Shown here: piece after piece, positions 1 to 7,511 of the stretch | Position numbering within the stretch: position 1 is the stretch's first letter | How the letters are laid out: every line of letters begins with the position of its first letter | DNA from: an uncultured virus (IMG/VR IMGVR_UViG_3300030330_001767) | Lineage: Duplodnaviria > Heunggongvirae > Uroviricota > Caudoviricetes | Virus record (IMG/VR): IMGVR_UViG_3300030330_001767 | Reading direction: 5' to 3' (one strand) | DNA length: 64,000 nucleotides | The notes under the pieces: model-generated | Told to the model about the DNA's origin: nothing | What the model saw: only the letters and a program-made list of their open reading frames with translations | Database searches by the model: none | Translations under genes and position numbers: made by a program

Positions 1-74
1 ACCCTTGAAACACTTTCCCGACTAATAACCCGCTAAGGTGTTCATCTCGCTTTTCACATCCTTCACAAATGTTG

Positions 75-365
75 AGTGTTCATTTATCATCCATTTCTCA
101 CGCCGATGATAAATATTAATCTGCGAAAACAATACCGTTTCGCAGGTTTTTGGCGTTCATTTCTCATTTCTCACGTTTATCATCACTTCCTATAATAATA
201 ATAGGGGTAATAGTATATGAGAGAGAGTGTGTGTGTAGTAGTAATAATATAATGATAATAATGATAAATGATAAATGAATATCAAAAAACATTGATTCTA
301 ACCAAGAATCCCAACTTTCTACCCCTCGACCTTTCTCATTTCTATGATAATCGGTGAGAAATGAA
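75..365. repeat. Non-coding region with direct and inverted TCATTT(C/A)TCA repeats around an AT-rich, low-complexity core; candidate replication origin or terminus
   Basis: TCATTTATCA 80-89, CCATTTCTCA 91-100, TCATTTCTCA 157-166 and 164-173. Reverse-complement copies TGATAAATGA 262-271 and 269-278, TGAGAAATGA 355-364. 8-bp inverted repeat CTGCGAAA/TTTCGCAG 121-145. No ORF. Confidence 0.55.
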
Positions 366-658
366 GTGGAAAGTCAGAACTCATATCAGATAGAATATAA
401 CTATACTAAATCTCATACCAATATTAGTATAATATATTATATTATATTGCGACCCTGTTTGATACCCGATAAAATATAGTGATATTTAGGGAGCAAACCT
501 TTCGTGATGAACAACTAGTGTTCGTTAAGTATTACATTAGGTAGTGACTACACTGAAAGGGTCGCTTCCTACAATATGAAAACACCTCTGAGGGTATATG
601 TACCCTGTCCCACCACGCTCACCCCTCTGCCGACTTTATTTCTAATGCGTGTCTAACA

Positions 659-690
659 ACCATATGGTAGGCCACTTTGTCGGCATCCCC
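659..690. repeat. Palindromic element copy 1 (core plus right arm)
   Basis: ACCATATGGT 659-668, ACTTTGT 674-680, ATCCCC 685-690. Confidence 0.85.
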
Positions 691-761
691 AAAAGAACCT
701 TAGATTGGGTCGAGGCTTATCCCGCTTTTATACAGTCTGCGAAATACCATCATTTTTCAAA

Positions 762-929
762 TCAACCTTCTGCAATAATTATATCACACATTCGATTTAG
801 ATACGCACTCCTATGCTGAACATGGTCTGGGTTTTGGGTTAACACCTTGATTTCGTTATCCACGCCTCGTTGAGAATTATATGGGGCATCGGAACATTGA
901 CTTTGTATTATATGAGTTTTCAAGGTCAT
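762..929 (-). CDS. Possible 55-aa hypothetical protein (MTLKTHIIQSQCSD...)
   Basis: Hand-translated ORF below the track cutoff; no motif. Confidence 0.3.
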   Translation of the reverse strand: MTLKTHIIQSQCSDAPYNSQRGVDNEIKVLTQNPDHVQHRSAYLNRMCDIIIAEG

Positions 930-1030
930 CGAAGATTTACTGTCCAGTCAGTGTCATGAATAACTGAACCCTTTGCCCGAAGAACTTTCCGTTCTCGCAT
1001 TCCACTTGTGTTTTACTCTTCTCATTAACT

Positions 1031-1058
1031 CAAAGTTTGTTCGTCAGCCCCATATGGG
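1031..1058. repeat. Degenerate palindromic element copy 2 (left arm plus core)
   Basis: CAAAGT 1031-1036, CCCATATGGG 1049-1058. Confidence 0.5.
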
Positions 1059-1062
1059 AATA

Positions 1063-1245
1063 TCATTGTCTAAGAATAGTGTTGAATACCTTCAACGCTG
1101 AATCTAATTGTTCTAACGCACTTGGTAAGTCATCACTACGAACCTTAAGGCTCTTGATAACTAAAACATGGTCTTGACCTGATTTGGAGTGAGCCACTTC
1201 TAACTCATATGGATATATCTTGCCTTCAACTATCTGTGCCGTCAT
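1063..1245 (-). CDS. Hypothetical protein, 60 aa (MTAQIVEGKIYP...)
   Basis: ATG at 1245 preceded by AAGGAG. The longer TTG start in the track runs through the palindrome. Confidence 0.65.
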   Translation of the reverse strand: MTAQIVEGKIYPYELEVAHSKSGQDHVLVIKSLKVRSDDLPSALEQLDSALKVFNTILRQ

Positions 1246-1267
1246 ACTCCTTATCCACGAAACAGGA

Positions 1268-1337
1268 TATTTGGGGTGTCTCCTACAAAGTGTTACTACC
1301 ATATGGTTGGGATACTTTGTCAGAAAGACCCCAAATA
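1268..1337. repeat. Palindromic element copy 3 (full), between divergent genes
   Basis: TATTTGGGG...ACAAAGT(1285-1291)-N6-ACCATATGGT(1298-1307)-N6-ACTTTGT(1314-1320)...CCCCAAATA. Confidence 0.9.
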
Positions 1338-1408
1338 ACAAACTTCTGACTAAAAGAGTGCTTAGAAGGGTTTGAGAAAATCCGATTATTTTGAAAAGGT
1401 GATAAAAA

Positions 1409-1879
1409 ATGGAATGGAAAGAGTTTTCAGGAACAACACTAGCATGGCTAAAGAATGATAAGACTGTTGATGAAGCAGATGCTTCAACTATCAGCAGAAT
1501 GATTGAGAAGGGTAACGCAAACCCTACACGACAGGTTCGTATCTCAACTACAATCCGTGAGATTGCAAGAGATTACGCAACTGCTCCATATGGACAAAGA
1601 GGATACACTCTACCCGCAGAAGCACAAACCATCGTTAACGATGTAACTGCAATTGTGAATGAGATGGCTACTCTCTTTGATAACGGTGGAGATGCAATCA
1701 GAGCATTGCTTCTACCTAACCAAAGGAGCAAAGTCAAGCACTACCCTAACGGGTCTGCTTGGGCTTCTTCAGTTCTAAAGAACGTGAACGGCGTAGCAGT
1801 CAAACTATCCAAAGACGGAACTTGGGATGGTTCGATGGAGAGTCTAACCGCTACAATTTCGGAGGTATCTTCGGAATAA
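1409..1879 (+). CDS. Hypothetical protein, paralog of 3716..4225
   Basis: 156-aa ORF with AGGTGA RBS. Shares W.EF...AW, R..KG, RI.(T/S)T(I/V)R and D..T(A/S)P(Y/F) with 3716..4225. Confidence 0.85.
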   Translation: MEWKEFSGTTLAWLKNDKTVDEADASTISRMIEKGNANPTRQVRISTTIREIARDYATAPYGQRGYTLPAEAQTIVNDVTAIVNEMATLFDNGGDAIRALLLPNQRSKVKHYPNGSAWASSVLKNVNGVAVKLSKDGTWDGSMESLTATISEVSSE

Positions 1880-1919
1880 GCGGGTAACTCTCAGTTACCC
1901 TTCTAAGCACCCGTTCTTT

Positions 1920-1981
1920 GGGGTTTGAGATTACAAAGTATCTCTTACCATATGGTTTTGCACTTTGTCGGTAAGAACCCC
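1920..1981. repeat. Palindromic element copy 4 (full)
   Basis: GGGGTT...ACAAAGT(1933-1939)...ACCATATGGT(1947-1956)...ACTTTGT(1962-1968)...AACCCC. Confidence 0.9.
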
Positions 1982-2010
1982 ACTTATACCTTTATTAGTA
2001 GTCAAATACT
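1982..2010 (+). promoter_or_regulatory. TATA-like box (CTTATACC) about 25 nt upstream of ATG 2011; probable leaderless archaeal promoter
   Basis: Similar box and spacing before ATG 4866 (CTTAATACC) and the minus-strand ATG 4640 (ATTATACC). Confidence 0.55.
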
Positions 2011-2313
2011 ATGAAATGCAAGATATGCGGGACAGACCACACGGAAGATGACACAGAGAACTTGATAATGATAAGATGTTCTTGCGGTGCAACTCTAAAG
2101 GGTAATGCTTACCCTAAAGTCAGTGGTAAATCCAATCTTTTTACGAGAAGACATTACAATTGGCTTGTTGAGATGGCGTTAGACTTAGAATTAACACATA
2201 AACAGTGTAGAGAGTTGGCTGAAATGTTGGAGGGAACGAATCCTAAATACGATAGGTTGAAGTTCATTACAACCATTACAACATCAAGAAACAAAAGGAG
2301 TGGAGGAATATGA
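2011..2313 (+). CDS. Zn-finger hypothetical protein
   Basis: CKIC...CSC motif, 100 aa. Confidence 0.75.
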   Translation: MKCKICGTDHTEDDTENLIMIRCSCGATLKGNAYPKVSGKSNLFTRRHYNWLVEMALDLELTHKQCRELAEMLEGTNPKYDRLKFITTITTSRNKRSGGI

Positions 2314-2414
2314 TGAAAGTTTGCAGAGGGTGTTTACACGTAATGGAACACAAATGGACAAGGAAAGGGTATGCCTGTAAAAGATGCCTACACATAACAA
2401 CGGAGAGATACTAA
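2310..2414 (+). CDS. 34-aa Zn-ribbon microprotein (MMKVCRGC...CKRC)
   Basis: Hand-translated. ATGA overlap, GGAGG RBS, two CxxC, stop overlaps the next ATG. Confidence 0.65.
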   Translation: MMKVCRGCLHVMEHKWTRKGYACKRCLHITTERY

Positions 2415-2581
2415 TGTATAAGATAATTAGATTTAGATTTAATGGAAATAACACGACAATAAAAACAGGATTAACTCTTGAAGAGGCACAAGCACATTGT
2501 AAAGACCCTGAAACGAGTGGTTCAACTTGTTCGGATTTAAGCAAGCGTGGAATGTGGTTCGATGGATATACGGAGGAATAA
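2414..2581 (+). CDS. Hypothetical protein, 55 aa (MYKIIRFRF...)
   Basis: TAATG coupling with the upstream ORF. Confidence 0.7.
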   Translation: MYKIIRFRFNGNNTTIKTGLTLEEAQAHCKDPETSGSTCSDLSKRGMWFDGYTEE

Positions 2582-2583
2582 GA

Positions 2584-2724
2584 ATGGATGAAATAGTTGG
2601 ATATTGCGGAGAATGCGGAACAGGATATGAGAAAGGATTTACCTACAAAATGCCGGGAGATGGTGGAATTGTTTGGTATATCTGTATCAATGATAATTGT
2701 GGAGTGAGTTTACCATGCTCATAA
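2584..2724 (+). CDS. Zn-ribbon microprotein (CGEC...CINDNC)
   Basis: GGAGG RBS before ATG 2584; Cys pairs. Confidence 0.65.
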   Translation: MDEIVGYCGECGTGYEKGFTYKMPGDGGIVWYICINDNCGVSLPCS

Positions 2725-2846
2725 ATTGCATACGTTGCAATAAATGCGGAAACATAACAATCAAGCCGGAAGATGAAGAGTTCTTCGGTGAATGGGATGA
2801 ATGTATGTGTAGAGTCAATGAGATACTGGAGGAATACGGATTATGA
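2715..2846 (+). CDS. 43-aa Cys-rich microprotein (MLINCIRCNKCG...)
   Basis: Hand-translated. GGAGTGA RBS; ATGA coupling to the next ORF. Confidence 0.6.
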   Translation: MLINCIRCNKCGNITIKPEDEEFFGEWDECMCRVNEILEEYGL

Positions 2847-2968
2847 AAGTAATAAGTTGGAGAATTGAAATAGAGTTAGAAAATGGAGAGATAGGGCATA
2901 TATCAGATATTCCTAAAGATGTCGCTAATATGGTTGATGAATACCTTTCTGAATTGGAGGCTGATTAA
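2843..2968 (+). CDS. 41-aa acidic microprotein (MKVISWRIEIELENGE...)
   Basis: Hand-translated. GGAGG RBS; stop abuts the next ATG. Confidence 0.6.
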   Translation: MKVISWRIEIELENGEIGHISDIPKDVANMVDEYLSELEAD

Positions 2969-3256
2969 ATGGTTGACATAATAGAAATAAATGGAAGTAA
3001 GACAAAAGACATAACAGAGATAGAACTAACATACAATTGCTGGATGTCATTCAAAATAGATGAATTGGAAAATGTAGAACTATTCAAGACAGGAAAGGTA
3101 GTTAGATTTTGGGTTAAGTATTGCACACTACATATGGAGTTGCAAGATGGCACTGTTGTAGAAGAAGATGTCTCCAATGATTTGAATGAAGATACTAAAT
3201 GGCCTACACAGGTTATGGTTGAGGTTGATGGTGAATGGGAGGAATACAATGATTGA
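2969..3256 (+). CDS. Hypothetical acidic protein
   Basis: 95-aa ORF, GGAGG RBS. Confidence 0.75.
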   Translation: MVDIIEINGSKTKDITEIELTYNCWMSFKIDELENVELFKTGKVVRFWVKYCTLHMELQDGTVVEEDVSNDLNEDTKWPTQVMVEVDGEWEEYND

Positions 3257-3575
3257 TGATTACGATTACCAAAAAGACAAGGATGACGAGATGTTAGCAG
3301 ACTATTATTCAGATTTAGCAACGGAAGAAATACAAGCATACTGCGAACACCGTAATTCATACGTTCAAGGTACAAGGATTTTGATAGCGAAGGACTCCGA
3401 AGTTTTGAAAGGTGTAATATTGCGACAATACGGCAAACTGTTTTATGAGATTGAAGAACCCGACATTGAAGTTAATTACTACTGCTCAGATTGTGGGAAG
3501 GACATATGGCAATCAATTGATATTAGCGATTATCTTGAACGTCTTGATTGTGATGAGATACTCTCACAGGATTAA
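3249..3575 (+). CDS. Hypothetical protein with CEH...CSDC putative Zn site
   Basis: ATG 3249 after GGGAGG. Confidence 0.7.
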   Translation: MIDDYDYQKDKDDEMLADYYSDLATEEIQAYCEHRNSYVQGTRILIAKDSEVLKGVILRQYGKLFYEIEEPDIEVNYYCSDCGKDIWQSIDISDYLERLDCDEILSQD

Positions 3576-3582
3576 CGTAAGC

Positions 3583-3596
3583 CACCCTTCGGGGTG
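3583..3596 (+). terminator. UUCG-tetraloop hairpin CACCC-TTCG-GGGTG after the ORF stop
   Basis: Directly visible. Similar hairpins at 4278-4289 (+) and 4349-4370 (-). Confidence 0.5.
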
Positions 3597-3664
3597 TGCC
3601 TGATTCGACAAAGTGCCTCTTCCAACCATATGGTATGAACTACTTTGTGAATCTTGAATACCCT
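3591..3664. repeat. Palindromic element copy 5 (full)
   Basis: GGGGT...ACAAAGT(3608-3614)...ACCATATGGT(3625-3634)...ACTTTGT(3642-3648)...ACCCT. Confidence 0.9.
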
Positions 3665-3715
3665 AATACCCTAAATACGGGTAATATACCGTCTAAAACG
3701 ACAGGAGAAACAAAT

Positions 3716-4225
3716 ATGACCGAAAATAAATGGACTGAGTTCACTCAGAAGATAACCGCATGGAAAAGAGCGAATAAGGGATGGAATGACCCCGAACATG
3801 AGTCATATCAAGAGGATTTAGATTCTCTTGACCGAATCATGAAGAAGGGTAAGACAGATGAAGGCCGAAGGGCAAGAATCATGTCTACTGTTCGTACTCT
3901 CTTTATGGATATACCAACATCACCGTTCAGAACAGGCAAAGCCTCTTCGATTGATGCGGGTATGCTCGCAACATACAACGAAAACCGAAATGATGCCCGA
4001 ATTGCCTTGATTAGTGCATGGAATGCGTCAAAGTTCCTTCAAATGTATGAAGTAAGGAGCAAAAGAGGCGGAGGCGGAGTTTTCGCCACTGCCGAAGAGT
4101 ATGCTGACTATCAATTGAGTTCAACGGACTCAAGGGTTCACTCAGCAATGCGTGGAACATCAAAAGACTATCAGTTCGCTGATGGTAAGCCTCTAATCAA
4201 CCTTATACCTCAAAAGGAGGATTAG
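3716..4225 (+). CDS. Hypothetical protein, paralog of 1409..1879
   Basis: ATG 3716 after AGGAGA; shared N-terminal motifs. Confidence 0.85.
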   Translation: MTENKWTEFTQKITAWKRANKGWNDPEHESYQEDLDSLDRIMKKGKTDEGRRARIMSTVRTLFMDIPTSPFRTGKASSIDAGMLATYNENRNDARIALISAWNASKFLQMYEVRSKRGGGGVFATAEEYADYQLSSTDSRVHSAMRGTSKDYQFADGKPLINLIPQKED

Positions 4226-4284
4226 ACGGACGCAAAGTAGGGGGGGACACCCTAATTTCACCCCAGTTCCCCCCTACACCCTTC

Positions 4285-4351
4285 GGGGTCTAATGTTCGC
4301 AAAGCAATTTACAACCATATGGTTGGCACGAACTTTGTGACGTTAAACCCT
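4285..4351. repeat. Palindromic element copy 6 (full), between convergent genes
   Basis: GGGGT...GCAAAGC(4299-4305)...ACCATATGGT(4314-4323)...ACTTTGT(4332-4338)...AACCCT. Confidence 0.9.
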
Positions 4352-4376
4352 GAAAGGATGCCCGAAGGCAGTCCAA

Positions 4377-4640
4377 TCAGTATCCGTCATGAACCCTAAT
4401 CGGTTCAATGAAATACTTGGGGTTTTTGAGCATTTCACGGATTTGGTGCATCCTTTCAACGCCCTTACCACGAATAGCACCATTGAGGGTTGCGATTTCA
4501 GCAGTCAATCTGTCTATCTGTATTGCATTCATTCTTTTCACTTCCCGAATTGCACTTCTCTCATATTGGTGGTATTCTGTGATTCTAACTGTGTCATTTT
4601 CGTAGTTTCTGCTCTTTATGGCATACATTGTTCTTGTCAT
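4377..4640 (-). CDS. Hypothetical protein, 87 aa
   Basis: GGGAGGT RBS and TATA-like box upstream on the minus strand; hairpins downstream. Confidence 0.75.
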   Translation of the reverse strand: MTRTMYAIKSRNYENDTVRITEYHQYERSAIREVKRMNAIQIDRLTAEIATLNGAIRGKGVERMHQIREMLKNPKYFIEPIRVHDGY

Positions 4641-4672
4641 GTAGTATATACCTCCCTTTTCAGGTATAATTA

Positions 4673-4705
4673 GGGTTCTTTCCGCAAAGCACTAAACCAT
4701 ATGGT
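4673..4705. repeat. Palindromic element copy 7 (left arm plus core)
   Basis: GGGTT...GCAAAGC(4684-4690)...ACCATATGGT(4696-4705). Confidence 0.85.
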
Positions 4706-4801
4706 TGTAAAAAATTGTCTCGGCTGGTTTTGTGAGCCACTTTTCCTGTCAATTTTGACAAGTCATTTTCCACCATTTACAACTGTCAGTTTATTTCTAT
4801 T

Positions 4802-4838
4802 ACCATATGGTAGGATATACTTTGTAAAGAGACTACCT
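4802..4838. repeat. Palindromic element copy 8 (core plus right arm)
   Basis: ACCATATGGT 4802-4811, ACTTTGT 4819-4825, ACCT. Confidence 0.85.
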
Positions 4839-4865
4839 TAATACCTACTACTTCTTAGTAATACT

Positions 4866-5609
4866 ATGAGCGTAACATACGAACAGAAGGCAACATACCA
4901 GTACACCGACAAGAAGATGGGCGACCAAGCATTTTGCAAAGTCGCAGAGAGACTTATGGACAGTGGATTGATTTTGACCAGTTGGCATTATTCATCTGAA
5001 CCACCATCCATAACATATGGTCAAGTCGAAGAAGAGAATACATCATATGAATACGAAATCACCTTAGATGGAGAGACTGCATTCATGGCAAAGTATCTTT
5101 CAGACGCTAAAGAGTATGTCGAGCAGTTAAAGGAAAACAACTTCGATGCGTCTTATATTCGTCATACCAACACAAAGAGCAAGTTGGTTTGGCAACAACC
5201 CAAAGGGTCAAAGTTCTACTTGGGTCTTGATGCCTTTGAAGGAGAACTAGCATACAATAAGAGCCATCTCTCTTATACCTTCGATGGTAGTCATGAGGGA
5301 GCGGTTACTCTAACTCCAACAATGCGAAATACTGCTGATGGTGTAGAGTTAACTCTAACCACACAATTGACTTTAGATAAGGTTCTCAAGGCTGATAGAA
5401 TTAAACCAGTTATGGTTGATATCACTTTGAATGACTTTGGTATAATCAAGAGTTTAGTCGAAGATGCACTTCGTATCTTCAAGCCCCATACTACTGATTG
5501 CACCTTTGATGTGAAGACTCACTCTGAATCAGAGTGTTCACCCGATATTATCGCACAAAGGGAAGAAGCGACCAAACTTGCTCGCAATGCCTCACAAGAG
5601 GAAGAGTGA
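4866..5609 (+). CDS. Hypothetical protein, 247 aa
   Basis: Long ORF, probably leaderless. Confidence 0.85.
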   Translation: MSVTYEQKATYQYTDKKMGDQAFCKVAERLMDSGLILTSWHYSSEPPSITYGQVEEENTSYEYEITLDGETAFMAKYLSDAKEYVEQLKENNFDASYIRHTNTKSKLVWQQPKGSKFYLGLDAFEGELAYNKSHLSYTFDGSHEGAVTLTPTMRNTADGVELTLTTQLTLDKVLKADRIKPVMVDITLNDFGIIKSLVEDALRIFKPHTTDCTFDVKTHSESECSPDIIAQREEATKLARNASQEEE

Positions 5610-5632
5610 ACATAAAACCCATTGTCCCTAAC

Positions 5633-5675
5633 GGGGCTTTGTGGTCGTTTATACAAAGTTATCCAACCATATGCT
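5633..5675. repeat. Palindromic element copy 9 (left arm plus near-core); end of array
   Basis: GGGGC...ACAAAGT(5653-5659)...ACCATATGCT(5666-5675). Confidence 0.75.
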
Positions 5676-5750
5676 TTGCATTGCAAAATTTTTTTGTTTC
5701 ATTGTTTCTATTACCCAAAGTTAATTTGTATAACCTCTTAGCGACCATCA

Positions 5751-5978
5751 ATGACTGATGAGGCTGTTATTTTAGAACTGGTAAAAAACGCCAACACCAT
5801 ACTAGCCTCAATACGAGAAGAAATTGACATCATAAAGGCTCAAGGAAAGTTAGAACCTTCTTTGGATAAAAAATTAGTTGCAATAAAAACCGCTACAAAA
5901 CAACTCGGTAATGAGATATTAAACAAGGTATTCAGGCAAACACGCTTAACAGATTATGAGGGCTTTGACGCTAAATGA
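5751..5978 (+). CDS. Hypothetical helical protein
   Basis: 75-aa ORF. Confidence 0.65.
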   Translation: MTDEAVILELVKNANTILASIREEIDIIKAQGKLEPSLDKKLVAIKTATKQLGNEILNKVFRQTRLTDYEGFDAK

Positions 5979-5996
5979 TTTTTATTCTGGGAATAG

Positions 5997-6725
5997 GTGA
6001 AAAAGATGAAAAAAATTTTTGCTAGTCCCAAAAAAATTCCAGCCCATTTTTTGAAAAAAGACGGGGTAGAATCTTTTGACCTATGGTTTGATGCACTTCA
6101 CAAGATGGATGAGTCCGATAGTTGGCTTGACATTCTAAAACTAAGAAGTTCAGATGGTTCTGTTGCAGGTATGCCTAATTTCATTAGATTCTCAAACAGA
6201 ATATTTCAAGATGATAAAGAAGGCACATCTTCAGATAGCGGTGCTATGTTTCAAACCAACAATGGAACAGTTGTTATTGTCCGACCACATTTTGACGCAC
6301 AACAGAAGTTTAGTAGAGTTGGCAATCATAGGGATTACCCGTTGAAAGATGTTATTTTAGGAATAGACAATAATGTTCAAGGTCTTGGTAATTACACTTC
6401 CTTCGTTTCAGCAGGTAAGAAAAACCAAGCAGGTGAAGGAAATGTTGACGCTACCCTGAATTATACAATTCAAGGAATAACAAGACCGATGACAGGTTCT
6501 AACTTGTTGAATAGAACTGTTGCTCAGTTTATGATGGAAGTTTATCCTAAAGAAGATTTGAGTGCTTTTTCGACTGCTAGAAAAGTCATAATATTAAATT
6601 CAGTTCATGGATTCAAAGAATACAAAAAACAAGGTAATGTTAATTTTAGAAACATATGGCCTGAAACTTGGCAAGACAATGAACAACTACAAGATAGGCA
6701 AAGGCGTTTAGGTGGTAAGAAATGA
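5997..6725 (+). CDS. Hypothetical protein with two W-tag motifs (LWFDALHK, SWLDILK); start uncertain
   Basis: 242-aa ORF, coupled to the next gene. Confidence 0.75.
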   Translation: MKKMKKIFASPKKIPAHFLKKDGVESFDLWFDALHKMDESDSWLDILKLRSSDGSVAGMPNFIRFSNRIFQDDKEGTSSDSGAMFQTNNGTVVIVRPHFDAQQKFSRVGNHRDYPLKDVILGIDNNVQGLGNYTSFVSAGKKNQAGEGNVDATLNYTIQGITRPMTGSNLLNRTVAQFMMEVYPKEDLSAFSTARKVIILNSVHGFKEYKKQGNVNFRNIWPETWQDNEQLQDRQRRLGGKK

Positions 6726-6985
6726 GTTGGGAAGATATCATCAAACGGAAAAGGAAGAGATATCCCACAACTGCTCAAAAGAAGAATAAGAATTGGAACA
6801 ACCTCAGTGATGAAGAAAAATTCCAAGTTAGGATGAAAAGGTCTTGGAAAGGTGCGAACAAAAGAAGAGATAATGAAATAAGGGAAGCACAAATTTGCTC
6901 TAAATGTGGTAAAAAAGATAATCCGCCCAAGTCTAGGTTTTGTGTAAAATGTGGCAATAAAATGAAAGTGTGGTGGAAAGAATGA
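6722..6985 (+). CDS. Basic protein with C-terminal zinc ribbon; N-terminal W-tag
   Basis: MSWEDIIK; CSKCG...FCVKCG. Confidence 0.8.
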   Translation: MSWEDIIKRKRKRYPTTAQKKNKNWNNLSDEEKFQVRMKRSWKGANKRRDNEIREAQICSKCGKKDNPPKSRFCVKCGNKMKVWWKE

Positions 6986-7257
6986 AACAGTGGCTAATTA
7001 GAAAATTAATTTCGTTAATGGGTAACACATATGTTTGGTTGGATAAGAAACTAGACCATCCTGATGGGCCAGTTCTCGGTTTAGAGATTGATGATGACTT
7101 TGCACAGATGAGCAGGTATGAGTTATGTTGTCACATTGAAGATAAGTTCGGATTGGAAAGAGATTCTTTTTGGAAGTTGGAGTCAACTCAGAAGATAAGG
7201 TACTGTTGCCAAACTGCAAGGAACATACTTACGCCAAAGAAGAGGAAGAAGAAATGA
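6982..7257 (+). CDS. Hypothetical protein
   Basis: ATGA-coupled at both ends. Confidence 0.7.
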   Translation: MKQWLIRKLISLMGNTYVWLDKKLDHPDGPVLGLEIDDDFAQMSRYELCCHIEDKFGLERDSFWKLESTQKIRYCCQTARNILTPKKRKKK

Positions 7258-7511
7258 GTAACTTAAGCAAGTTTGATAGTCTTCATCATAGTGCGACTAT
7301 GCAGGGTTCACTAAGCACCGATGATGATTCTTGGTTTAACATACTAAGAATGGGAGGAGCAGTAACGTCAACCTCAAGCGGGACATCAGCATTATTCAAC
7401 AATAAAACGGGAGGGGGAAAAAGACGTGGTAAAAGGAAAAAGAGTCTCAAAAGACAAAGGTATCAAGACGAAATTACCAGACGGGACAGACGCTACAATC
7501 AACGTAAGTAA
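7254..7511 (+). CDS. Basic hypothetical protein with W-tag (SWFNILR)
   Basis: ATG 7254 coupled to the upstream stop. Confidence 0.65.
   Translation: MSNLSKFDSLHHSATMQGSLSTDDDSWFNILRMGGAVTSTSSGTSALFNNKTGGGKRRGKRKKSLKRQRYQDEITRRDRRYNQRK

Noticed and set aside
1585..1594. TCCATATGGA here, and TCCATATGGT near 15599, as further copies of the element
   Set aside because: Both lie inside coding sequence and lack correctly placed ACAAAG/CTTTGT arms; likely chance.
4389..4673. Plus-strand ORFs 4389..4673 and 4408..4605
   Set aside because: They overlap minus ORF 4377..4640, which has an RBS, a TATA-like box and strand-matched 3' hairpins.
659..5675. CRISPR array or canonical integron attC interpretation of the repeats
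   Set aside because: Spacing is about 100-1700 bp with genes in between, and there is no RYYYAAC/GTTRRRY consensus and no cas or intI gene in the window.
5680..6060. A/T tracts (also near 62755) as a packaging signal or as inverted repeats bracketing the late region
   Set aside because: Short homopolymer matches are expected in AT-rich DNA; not supportable without read-end data.
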